Origin: Armatimonadota bacterium | GTDB lineage: Bacteria > Armatimonadota > UBA5829 > DTLH01 | Direction of reading: 5' to 3' | Length of the DNA: 64,000 nucleotides | NCBI GenBank assembly: GCA_038207085.1 | Contig: JBBRAE010000005.1 | Location: 20,181-84,180, forward strand | Shown: piece after piece, positions 9,350-17,843 of the stretch | Position numbering within the stretch: position 1 is the first letter of the stretch | Layout: each line of letters starts with the position of its first letter | Notes under the pieces: generated by a model | The model's input: the letters and a program-made list of their open reading frames with translations, nothing else | What the model was told of the DNA's origin: nothing | Database searches by the model: none | Translations under genes and position numbers: made by a program

Positions 9350-10918
9350 ATGGTTATGAGAAGGATACCGGTCTTGTTTGCAGCTCTTTTGGTACTTGCC
9401 GCTGCAGCGTACGCCCAGGAGCCCGCGCTTCCGGGGGCGGTGATTCGCATTGTAAACGCCGTCGAGTTCACCGGCAACACAGTAGTGCCGACGGGCGAGC
9501 TTGAAAGCGCTGCGGGGATAAAAAGCGGCGAACTGCTCACTACCGCTGAGCTTCGGCGCGCGATCACCAACATCGAACAAGCCTACCGCAAGCACGGATA
9601 TATGGCGGTCATAACAGAAGACGTAGTCGCACACCTCGAAGACACCGGGACGCTCCTTTTCCCGATCACAGAGGTCAGGGTAAACGAGGTAAAGATCACT
9701 GGCCTAAAGAAAACCCGCGATTTTGTCATCCGCCGGATGCTTGAGCTCGAACCGGGGGAACTCTACTACATCCCCGCGCTCAGGCGCGACGCGGACCGGA
9801 TATTTGCGCTCAATATTTTCGAATCGGTCGACGCCGACATCGAGCCCTCCGACGACCCCGGCAAAGTGGACGTCATCTGGAAGCTGAAAGAGCAGGAAAA
9901 GACGGGCCGCATCGAGTTTGGAGGAAGCTACGCGCCTAGCGAACGGCTGGTCGGTGACATTACCTACGTGCAGACGAACCTCCGAGGCCGCGCGGAACAA
10001 CTCGGGCTCTCGGCAAGTATCGGAAGCATCAACGGACGCCTTAGCGGTGAGTTCTTCTACACCAACCCCTGGATCGCCCAAGACCAGTCGCTCACGCTGC
10101 GCGTGTTCAGCCGCGTGCGCTACAAGTTCTCCGGGGACCTCGTCCCGAATTTCGACCGATACTTTGAGCGCGCTCGGGGAGGACAGGTGCTCACCACCAA
10201 GAACCTGTCGGCTGTGCGGCGCGTCACCTACAGCGCGCGCTACGAGGGTGTGAACGTCAACAACCTCCCATTCGAGGACTTCACTATCCCAACCACATCT
10301 CCCAGCGCAAACGTGACAGCCCTCGCTGGCTCGTACATTGTGGACCGGCGTGACTCGACCACGTTTCCGTCGACCGGCTGGTGGCTGCGCAGCAACTTCG
10401 AACCCGCTTACGCCAACCCCGAGGACGGCGGAAGCAACTTTACCTTCAAAGCCTATGGCACCTTCCAGAAGTTCTATCCGCTGGATCCCGTATCGACCAA
10501 GGGCGCTGCGCCCCCTACTCATCGGCCAAGGGTAATTGCGACCAGGTTAGGACTCGGCGTATCGGCGGGCGACCTGCCGTTCTTCGAGCAGTTCTTCGTC
10601 GGAGGCGTGCGGGGAATCAGGGGCTACACGGAGTCGCGGTTTTGGGGGGACGACACGTTTTTGGCCTCCGTTGAGTACCGCCAACCGTTTGGAGCCAAGC
10701 TCACGGGCCTTGCGTTTATCGATGTCGGCGACGCCTGGGGAAGCCGCTTCCAGTTCGAGCCGGGAACCCAGACCGATTTCGACCAGCACGATCACTTCTC
10801 ACCAAGAGTAGGCGTGGGGTTCGGAGCGAGATACGTGACGCAGCTCGGGTTCCTTGGGCTCGACGTGGCCTGGGGCGAGGGGACCAACACCTATCTCGTG
10901 CTTGGGGACACTTTCTGA
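9350..10918 (+). CDS. bamA: Outer membrane protein assembly factor BamA (Omp85 family, short form)
   Basis: Signal peptide MRRIPVLFAALLVLAAAAYAQ. POTRA-like repeats. C-terminal bacterial-surface-antigen barrel (FFVGGVRGIRGY..., ...VAWGEGTNTYLVLGDTF with terminal Phe). Confidence 0.8.
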   Translation: MVMRRIPVLFAALLVLAAAAYAQEPALPGAVIRIVNAVEFTGNTVVPTGELESAAGIKSGELLTTAELRRAITNIEQAYRKHGYMAVITEDVVAHLEDTGTLLFPITEVRVNEVKITGLKKTRDFVIRRMLELEPGELYYIPALRRDADRIFALNIFESVDADIEPSDDPGKVDVIWKLKEQEKTGRIEFGGSYAPSERLVGDITYVQTNLRGRAEQLGLSASIGSINGRLSGEFFYTNPWIAQDQSLTLRVFSRVRYKFSGDLVPNFDRYFERARGGQVLTTKNLSAVRRVTYSARYEGVNVNNLPFEDFTIPTTSPSANVTALAGSYIVDRRDSTTFPSTGWWLRSNFEPAYANPEDGGSNFTFKAYGTFQKFYPLDPVSTKGAAPPTHRPRVIATRLGLGVSAGDLPFFEQFFVGGVRGIRGYTESRFWGDDTFLASVEYRQPFGAKLTGLAFIDVGDAWGSRFQFEPGTQTDFDQHDHFSPRVGVGFGARYVTQLGFLGLDVAWGEGTNTYLVLGDTF

Positions 10919-10929
10919 GGCGTTTCAGA

Positions 10930-10959
10930 CCAGCTAGGGGTTTGCAAACCCCTGGCTGG
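10930..10959. terminator. Near-perfect palindromic hairpin between convergent bamA (+) and a 649-aa gene (-); likely bidirectional terminator
   Basis: CCAGCTAGGGGTTTGCAAACCCCTGGCTGG: 14-bp arms with one mismatch, followed by AT-rich sequence. Confidence 0.5.
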
Positions 10960-10973
10960 TATATTCTATATAA

Positions 10974-12923
10974 TTAAAGTCTCGAAGACTCTATGCTGTC
11001 GCGGATCTCGGGGGGCGGGGGCTCGTAGAGTCGGTTTGACGGCTCGGGCTCGGGAAGCGCGGAGACCGCGCCAAGGGCCTGGCCGAGCGCAAAGGCCAGA
11101 TACCCCGCGCATGAGGCAAACGCGGGACCCGAGGAGACTTGGCCGGTGTCGGCGTCCACGGTATGACAGGCGACGCCGTCATCCATCCCTGAGCGGCGCA
11201 GAAACTCTACCGCCTCATCGACTCTGCCGGTCAAAAGGTCGTTTGCCACACTGATGATGTGAGGATGCGGGTCCGTCTCGCAGCCTGGGGCGGCGAACTT
11301 GGAGTCGCAGAACGAATACGGGTTGTGGTGGGAGTGGATCCACTTCACAGTCGACTGGTAGATCGGCGACTCGGCCGAACAGAACTCATACCACGCCAAG
11401 AGCTTCAGGCTCCCGAGCGGATCGTCTTTTAGCTCAAAGTTTCCCGCAAGGTCCACGCAATTGGCAAACATCAGGCCGAATGGGCCATCGACCACGCAGT
11501 GCTTCATAATCGCCTTGTGAGCTTCTTTGGCAAGGACGGCGTTCTCCTCGCAGCGGTCGAGATCGTGGATCAGCTCATACATCCATGATAGGTCCTGGAT
11601 CGCCCTCCACGCAAGCACGTTGTCGTAGGTGACGTAGGGATAGGTCGCAAGCTCGCCTGATGGGGTCAGCATCGTCTCATACAGGCTCGCCGAATGGTTC
11701 ATCGCCTGAGAAAGCAGATACCTGATCCTGTTTACCCCGGACTGCACCCGCCTGTCGAACAGGATCGACATGTCATGGGTTGCTCGCACGTAGGTGGAAA
11801 GCGCTCTGATCGGCGCGCAGAGCTCGTCTAGCTTGAAGCCGGGGTGCATGACGATGCCGTCGATGAAGCGGCTGTCGATCCCGACGTTTTGGAGCTGAGT
11901 CGTGAATGTGTACTCGATCATTCGGCGCGCCTGGGTAGGGTTGGTGACGAGCACGGCGGGCAGGCTCCAGCGCATCGCGTCGCGGTCGCGGTAGGCGGCG
12001 CTTGAGTTGCAGCGGCTGCTCCTGCCGGTCACGAGCACGAGGTCCTCGGTGTCGAGGGTCATCCCCTGTGAGAAGAAATAGTTGTAGAACGCGTTCAGGT
12101 TCAAGATGCGGTCGAGGTGATCGTCTTTGACGCTCAGTTTGTGCGCCTCAAGCCAGCCCGCGAGGTCCGAGTAGAGGTTCTCCCAACCGCGCCGCTCAAT
12201 ATCTACCGCAGACGACACCGCCGAGGTCTCCTCAAGCCCGAGGCCGACGCAAAGGGCGATTGTGCGGTGCTCGCCGGGAGCAAGGGTGACCGGAAGCGAA
12301 AGCGAATAGCGCATCCCCTGCCCTGCTCCAGCCGAGACCTCGCCTTCGTCGGCCCTGCCGGTGAGCATCAGGCGCGAGGCATCGCTTTGAAGCTCGACCA
12401 GCATCGGCTCGGAGGGCCGAAATGCCAGGGCGAACTGCGGCGTGCCTGCTCGAAACTCAAGGAAAGGCGTCCCGCCGTGCCAGGGGGAGACGGATGCGAA
12501 GCGCTTGCCGTCGACCTGCTTTGAGACGTTCAGGACGTGCCAGGTGTCCTTCCAGTTGCCATGCCAGCCGATTTCGGCCTCGATCGGCTCGTCGGAGCGG
12601 GAGGCAACCTCGATCACCCACACGAACCCGCGCTGGACAAGCGGCGCAAATATCCGCGAGCGCACCTCAAGGTTGGACTCGGTGAGGCTAAAGGACGGTA
12701 TCCAGTAGCGCTCCTGCACCCAGGTCGCCGCCGACATATCGAGCGCGCGCCCGCCGACACGGATCTGCGGCTGAAGAAGCGGCTCATCTTCTGTCCCCCG
12801 AAGCTCGACCACTGCACGGGATCGCATATTAAGAAACCCGATATCGAGTATCCCGCAGTTTTTCGCGAGCACGTCGGGGATGGAGATGAACCTGTTTCCG
12901 GTTGAGTAGCGGCGCTCTGCCAT
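10974..12923 (-). CDS. Large hypothetical protein; possible N-terminal beta-sandwich plus (alpha/alpha)6-barrel glycosidase-like fold (GDE_C / GH63 / GH15-like?)
   Basis: 649 aa, high-GC codon usage, 4 nt downstream of the DUF1015 gene, so likely one operon. Motif ...GRSSRCNSSAAYRDRDAMRW... loosely resembles debranching-enzyme / GH63 catalytic regions. The family call is weak. Confidence 0.5.
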   Translation of the reverse strand: MAERRYSTGNRFISIPDVLAKNCGILDIGFLNMRSRAVVELRGTEDEPLLQPQIRVGGRALDMSAATWVQERYWIPSFSLTESNLEVRSRIFAPLVQRGFVWVIEVASRSDEPIEAEIGWHGNWKDTWHVLNVSKQVDGKRFASVSPWHGGTPFLEFRAGTPQFALAFRPSEPMLVELQSDASRLMLTGRADEGEVSAGAGQGMRYSLSLPVTLAPGEHRTIALCVGLGLEETSAVSSAVDIERRGWENLYSDLAGWLEAHKLSVKDDHLDRILNLNAFYNYFFSQGMTLDTEDLVLVTGRSSRCNSSAAYRDRDAMRWSLPAVLVTNPTQARRMIEYTFTTQLQNVGIDSRFIDGIVMHPGFKLDELCAPIRALSTYVRATHDMSILFDRRVQSGVNRIRYLLSQAMNHSASLYETMLTPSGELATYPYVTYDNVLAWRAIQDLSWMYELIHDLDRCEENAVLAKEAHKAIMKHCVVDGPFGLMFANCVDLAGNFELKDDPLGSLKLLAWYEFCSAESPIYQSTVKWIHSHHNPYSFCDSKFAAPGCETDPHPHIISVANDLLTGRVDEAVEFLRRSGMDDGVACHTVDADTGQVSSGPAFASCAGYLAFALGQALGAVSALPEPEPSNRLYEPPPPEIRDSIESSRL

Positions 12924-12927
12924 TGTT

Positions 12928-14208
12928 TTACCGATCTATTTTGCGCATCACAAGCCCCGAAAGGAGCTTGGGATAAAAGTAAGTTGCCTTCTGCGGCATT
13001 CTGTCCCCGGCCTTGGAGACGTTCAGTATCGCCTCAAGCTTGATGGGGTTCAGTAGGAAAGCCATCTCGAACTCGCCCGAGTCAACCGAGGCAAACGCCT
13101 CATCTTCCTCACGGGTGTAGACGACGAACCCGCCCTGTCGCACCTGCTCGGCGTCGATCCCGAGGATGCCGTCGAGTATGATCTGGTGAAGGACGAAGAG
13201 ATCGAGCGACTTCAGCGCGGGCGAACCCGGCACGCTCTCGACGGTCCCTTCGCGAGGAACGGCGATATAGGCGCGTCCCGGCCGGTAGATCCCGATGCCG
13301 CGGCCTTTGAACTTCTCCATGTCTGACTGAATCGACTCTTTGCTCGATTCGACGATCTCAAAGCCCGAAGCAAGCCCGCCGTCGAGGAGATCGATCGCCT
13401 CGGAAGCTAGGTTTCGCATCATCCTGTGGGTCGGGAAAACGATCACGTCGGGCGAATAGACGTTGACGAGCGTCATCATCACGTAGTCGTAGGGCCGCTC
13501 TTCGCTTGGGTTGCCGTCGGCTTCGCGAAGCTCGTTTCGGTAGGCAAGGGATGTTTCATAGCGATGGTGGCCGTCTGCGATGACGATCTGCTGGTCTGCA
13601 AGCGCCCCTTGGACGATCTCGATTTCGGAGGCGTCGGCGGCGACCCAAAGCCTGTGGCGCACGCCCTGACGATCTACCGCTTCAAGCGCGGGGGCAGTCG
13701 CTGCTGCCCGGTCAAGCACGGCATCGACTGTGTGCTCAGCGTCGGGGTAGAGCGCGTAGACGGAGTCAAGGTTCGCTTTGACCGCTCGAATAAGCGGCGC
13801 GAGGTGCGATTTGGGCTTGGCAAGCGTGTTTTCGTGGGGCAGGACGATCTCGTTCGCGTAGTCTTCGATCCTGACCGCCGCGACGAACCCTCGAACGGTC
13901 TTCGGCTCGCCTTTCCATGTGTAGCTCTGCTCGTAGACGTAGATTGCGGGCTCAGAGTCCTCTACGAACGTTCCGTCCGCGAGCCACTCGGCAAGATGCC
14001 CCGCCGCGCGCGCGAACCGGTTCTCGTGGTCGTTGTCTCCGGCCACTTCCCGCCCAAGAACCAGCCGCACGAAGTTCTTGGGTGAGAGGTCGTGCAGATA
14101 ATCGTTATCCGCCGCCGAGATGACGTCATAGGGTGGGCTCGTGACCTTGTTCGGGTCGACCGCCGCCGTGTTGTAGCGTATGCCTCGAAATGGGGCTATC
14201 TTTGCCAA
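12928..14208 (-). CDS. DUF1015 family protein
   Basis: N-terminus MAKIAPFRGIRYN... is the hallmark DUF1015 start (M..I.PF.A.RY). 426 aa, typical length. Confidence 0.65.
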   Translation of the reverse strand: MAKIAPFRGIRYNTAAVDPNKVTSPPYDVISAADNDYLHDLSPKNFVRLVLGREVAGDNDHENRFARAAGHLAEWLADGTFVEDSEPAIYVYEQSYTWKGEPKTVRGFVAAVRIEDYANEIVLPHENTLAKPKSHLAPLIRAVKANLDSVYALYPDAEHTVDAVLDRAAATAPALEAVDRQGVRHRLWVAADASEIEIVQGALADQQIVIADGHHRYETSLAYRNELREADGNPSEERPYDYVMMTLVNVYSPDVIVFPTHRMMRNLASEAIDLLDGGLASGFEIVESSKESIQSDMEKFKGRGIGIYRPGRAYIAVPREGTVESVPGSPALKSLDLFVLHQIILDGILGIDAEQVRQGGFVVYTREEDEAFASVDSGEFEMAFLLNPIKLEAILNVSKAGDRMPQKATYFYPKLLSGLVMRKIDR

Positions 14209-14300
14209 TCAATCGCTCCTTAAAAATACTGTCGAGCAATTATAACACGAATGGGGGGTGGTTTTGGAGAGTAGTGGGCGTAACGAACAAGATGACTATT

Positions 14301-14441
14301 ACGTTCGTCCGGGGAATCCGTCCCCCGATGCCGTTTCAGGGGAATCTTTCCCCCAGCTTAGTTATCGGGCATAGTCGATCATTGGGTTGGCGGACAGAAT
14401 CCGCGGAACAGGGTCGGGGGACGTATTCCCCCGACCAACAG
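14301..14441 (+). repeat. Family-B MITE-like repeat (about 140 bp), copy 1, with internal tandem duplication
   Basis: acgttcgtccggggaatccgtcccccg...ggttggcggacagaatccgcggaacagggtcgggggacgtattcccccgaccaacagg. The reverse-complement copy is at 39113-39226. Copy 1 has an extra gatgccgtttcaggggaatctttccccc. Confidence 0.7.
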
Positions 14442-14500
14442 GACTTCGATCAAGGTCAAAGCTCGCTTGCTTGGCCGCGCCGAAAATGATACCATCTGGT

Positions 14501-15064
14501 ATGATTACGCGATGCGGATGGGTCCCGGTGGGAAACGAGATATACGAGCATTATCACGACCGGGAGTGGGGCGTGCCGGTCTATGACGACCGACTGCTCT
14601 TTGAGTTTCTGGTCCTCGAAGGCGCGCAGGCGGGCCTCAGTTGGCTGACGATCCTAAAGAAACGCGACAACTACCGCCGCGCGTTTGATGGGTTCGACCC
14701 TGAGACAGTCGCCGCCTATGGGCCAGAGAAGGTCGAGGAGCTTATGGCCGACGCGGGGATCGTGCGCAACAGGCTGAAGATCGAGGCGGCGATCAAGAAC
14801 GCGCGGGGGGTTCTCGATCTCAGAGACGAGTTCGGCGGCTTCTCGGATGCGCTCTGGCGGTTTGTCGGCGGCAGCCCTAAGAAGAACTCATGGAAGAGCC
14901 TCGCCGAGCTTCCCGCAAAGACCCCGGAATCCGACACGATGAGCAAATTTCTACTCTCCCACGGCTTCAAGTTCGTCGGTTCGACCATCTGCTACGCGTT
15001 TATGCAAGCCGTCGGAATGGTGAACGACCACACAACCGACTGCTTCAGATACGACGAGGTGTGA
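14501..15064 (+). CDS. tag: DNA-3-methyladenine glycosylase I
   Basis: MITRCGWVPVGNEIYEHYHDREWGVPVYDDRLLFEFLVLEGAQAGLSW is the canonical Tag N-terminus. The ORF-track start (14387) would read through the family-B repeat, so the ATG at 14501 is chosen. Confidence 0.85.
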   Translation: MITRCGWVPVGNEIYEHYHDREWGVPVYDDRLLFEFLVLEGAQAGLSWLTILKKRDNYRRAFDGFDPETVAAYGPEKVEELMADAGIVRNRLKIEAAIKNARGVLDLRDEFGGFSDALWRFVGGSPKKNSWKSLAELPAKTPESDTMSKFLLSHGFKFVGSTICYAFMQAVGMVNDHTTDCFRYDEV

Positions 15065-15111
15065 GATTCCCAGCTGTTTATCGATACATGTTATAATATA
15101 GTTGTATATAT

Positions 15112-16320
15112 TTGAGGAGTTCAGGGAGCTTTTGGTTGGATCAAAACAGGTTCGCGGGATACAGGGTAATTCAGTTTCCGACGGCAGGCAAGCAGGCGTT
15201 GCAGGAACTCGCCGGTCGGCTTTCTCCGCACGAGGATGAGATCGTCGAGAAGTGGATCGGTATGCAGTTTCGCGCGTGGCAGCCGCCTGGGCTTGGCCGC
15301 GAGCAGCTAACAGAAATCTTTGGCGGGCTTTTTTCAAATATTCTCGGGTGTATGGCCTCGGGCGAGCTTGAGAAGTGCATCAACGACCTCGAAGAAGCGG
15401 GCGTCTCGCTTGCTCACAGCAATTTCCCCTACGAAGCGCTGATCATAAGCCTGCACTTCCTCGAAGAAAGCTACATGCCGTTTCTGCTGAACCCACGGAG
15501 CGAACGCACACAGGACTGGCTCGTTCATATGGACGAGTTCTTGCACGTCGGGCTCGCGGCGCTTGCGACCTCCTACTTCGATTTCCACCGCCAGCAGATG
15601 GTCGCGGACGCGGAGATCGGAAAAATCGTCCAAGAGGCGCTCTTCCCCCACCCGCCGCGCAAGGTGAGCGACCTTGAGATTGGGTTCATCTACGCCTCGG
15701 CGAGTGATCGGGCAAGGCTCGGCGGCGATTTTCTCGATGTCTTTAGCTACGGCAAGGGCCGAACCGCGTTTGTGGTCGGTGATATGTCGGGCCACGGGCT
15801 TGAGGCGGCATCCAACTCCGCGACAATCCGCAGCCTGTTTCGCGGGCTGATGCGCGACCGCTCCGACCTCCCCGACGCCATAGAGCGGCTGAACCGCGTT
15901 CTGACCGAAGAGCTCACCTCAACCGAGTTTGCAACAGCGCTCGCTGGCACCTATACCGAGCCGGGTCACCTGACGCTCGTAAACGCCGGTCACTGCCTGC
16001 CGGTGATCTGCGGGGACGGGTGCCATATGATCAAGCAGTCCGGACTGCCGCTTGCAGTGTCGGACCTCGCGAAATATGAGCCACTGGAGATCGAGATCAA
16101 ACCGGGCGAACTCTTCGTATGCTACACCGATGGCCTCTCAGAAGCCCGCGTCGGCGCGAACCTGTTTGGCGAGGAACGTGTGCTTGAGGCGATCGAGGAG
16201 ATCCGCGACGCCCCTGCACGGGCAATCGCCGAACACCTGCGGGACAAGTCGCTCCGCCACGCCCAGGGTAATCTGATGGACGATATGGCGATTCTCGTTC
16301 TAAAGCGCGCAGCCCAGTAG
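15112..16320 (+). CDS. PP2C-type serine phosphatase (SpoIIE/RsbU family) with N-terminal sensor/partner-binding domain
   Basis: C-terminal GGDFLDVF...VVGDMSGHGLEAA...CYTDGLSEAR motifs of the RsbU/SpoIIE PP2C fold. TTG start is uncertain. Confidence 0.75.
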   Translation: MRSSGSFWLDQNRFAGYRVIQFPTAGKQALQELAGRLSPHEDEIVEKWIGMQFRAWQPPGLGREQLTEIFGGLFSNILGCMASGELEKCINDLEEAGVSLAHSNFPYEALIISLHFLEESYMPFLLNPRSERTQDWLVHMDEFLHVGLAALATSYFDFHRQQMVADAEIGKIVQEALFPHPPRKVSDLEIGFIYASASDRARLGGDFLDVFSYGKGRTAFVVGDMSGHGLEAASNSATIRSLFRGLMRDRSDLPDAIERLNRVLTEELTSTEFATALAGTYTEPGHLTLVNAGHCLPVICGDGCHMIKQSGLPLAVSDLAKYEPLEIEIKPGELFVCYTDGLSEARVGANLFGEERVLEAIEEIRDAPARAIAEHLRDKSLRHAQGNLMDDMAILVLKRAAQ

Positions 16321-16328
16321 GCGAAACT

Positions 16329-17810
16329 ATGGCAGACAATCTCATAAAACCACTCACCCACGATTTTGACGACTACCTGCGCGACGAATCCCGTCACACG
16401 GGCACTGCCGACACTATTTCATTCCCCAAGAGCGAAAGCGAAGTGATTGAGGTCGTTAAGACAGTTGCAACCTCAGGCACGACGATCACCACACAGGGAG
16501 CCCGCACGGGTATAGTCGCGGGGGCGGTCCCACAGGGCGGGCATGTGCTCAATTTGAGCCGGATGAACCAAATTGGCGAGGTCGATGGCGACTCGATCAC
16601 GGTCGGGCCTGGGGTGACTCTGGACGTTATCCGCGCGACAGTCGCTGCGGCGGGCAAGTTCTTTCCGCCGGACCCGACGGAGACCTCGGCGTCAATCGGC
16701 GGGATGGTGGCGTCGAACGCATCGGGAGCGATGAGCTTTCACTACGGACCGACCCGGGACTGGGTGCGCGCGCTTCGGGTGGTGCTGTCTGACGGCGACG
16801 TGGTGGCGATCCGCCGAGGCGAGCAGTTCGCGCGGGGCAGAGAGTTTGGTCTTTCGACCGAGTCGGGTCGCAGGATATCGGGGGGACTTCCGGGCTACAC
16901 TCAGCCCGGTGTAAAGTCGGCTGCGGGCTACTATGTCGCAGGCGACATGGACCTGATAGACCTATTTATCGGCTCGGAGGGCACGCTTGGCGTCATAACC
17001 GAGATCGAACTTGCCCTGATCGACAAGCCCCGGGCGATTAACGGCCTTACGGTGTTTTTCCCGAGTGAAGAGTCGGCGGTCGGGTTCGTCCGGGTGCTGC
17101 GCGAGGGGGAGATGCGACCGGTCGCGATCGAGTTTTTCAACTCCGACGCGCTCTCGCTGCTCCGAAAGATGAAAAACGAGTATTCGGCCTTCGACAAGAT
17201 CCCGGCGCTTAAAGCCCACTACCACACCGCGATCAACACCGAGTTCCACGGACAAAACGACGAGGAGCTTGAGGAATCGATAATGGCTGTGATGGAGTCG
17301 ATTGTCGAGCTAGGTGGGAGCGACGAGGACACCTGGTTTGCCACAAGCGAGCGCGAGATCGAGCCGATCCACGCCTTCCGCCACGCCACCCCCGAGGCGG
17401 TGAACCTGCTGATAGACGAGCGCAAACGCGCCATTCCCGAGCTGATCAAGCTCGGCACCGATATGTCGGTCCCGGACGACTCGCTCGAAACGGTGCTCGC
17501 GATGTACCGAACCGACCTCGCAGAGCACAACCTTGAGTCGGTGGTCTTCGGCCACATCGGCAACAACCACGTGCACGTGAACATCCTCCCGCGCGATATG
17601 AGCGAGTACGACTTCGGCAAGTCGCTCTATCTCGGTTGGGCAAAGCGAATCGTCGAGATGGGCGGCTCGGTATCAGCCGAGCACGGCATCGGCAAGCTCA
17701 AAGCCCCGTTTCTTGAGCTGATGTACGGGGCGGAGGGGATTGAAGAGATGCGCGGGCTGAAGGCGCTTTTTGACCCCGACGCGATGTTGAACCGGGGGAA
17801 TTTATTTTGA
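16329..17810 (+). CDS. FAD-binding oxidase (PCMH-type; GlcD / D-lactate dehydrogenase-like)
   Basis: FAD-binding PCMH N-domain (..GARTG..GGA.P.). C-terminal FAD-oxidase domain with the HIGNNHVHVN motif. Confidence 0.8.
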   Translation: MADNLIKPLTHDFDDYLRDESRHTGTADTISFPKSESEVIEVVKTVATSGTTITTQGARTGIVAGAVPQGGHVLNLSRMNQIGEVDGDSITVGPGVTLDVIRATVAAAGKFFPPDPTETSASIGGMVASNASGAMSFHYGPTRDWVRALRVVLSDGDVVAIRRGEQFARGREFGLSTESGRRISGGLPGYTQPGVKSAAGYYVAGDMDLIDLFIGSEGTLGVITEIELALIDKPRAINGLTVFFPSEESAVGFVRVLREGEMRPVAIEFFNSDALSLLRKMKNEYSAFDKIPALKAHYHTAINTEFHGQNDEELEESIMAVMESIVELGGSDEDTWFATSEREIEPIHAFRHATPEAVNLLIDERKRAIPELIKLGTDMSVPDDSLETVLAMYRTDLAEHNLESVVFGHIGNNHVHVNILPRDMSEYDFGKSLYLGWAKRIVEMGGSVSAEHGIGKLKAPFLELMYGAEGIEEMRGLKALFDPDAMLNRGNLF

Positions 17811-17843
17811 TGTCCTGAGGCATGATAAGAAAGTTGGTTCTTT

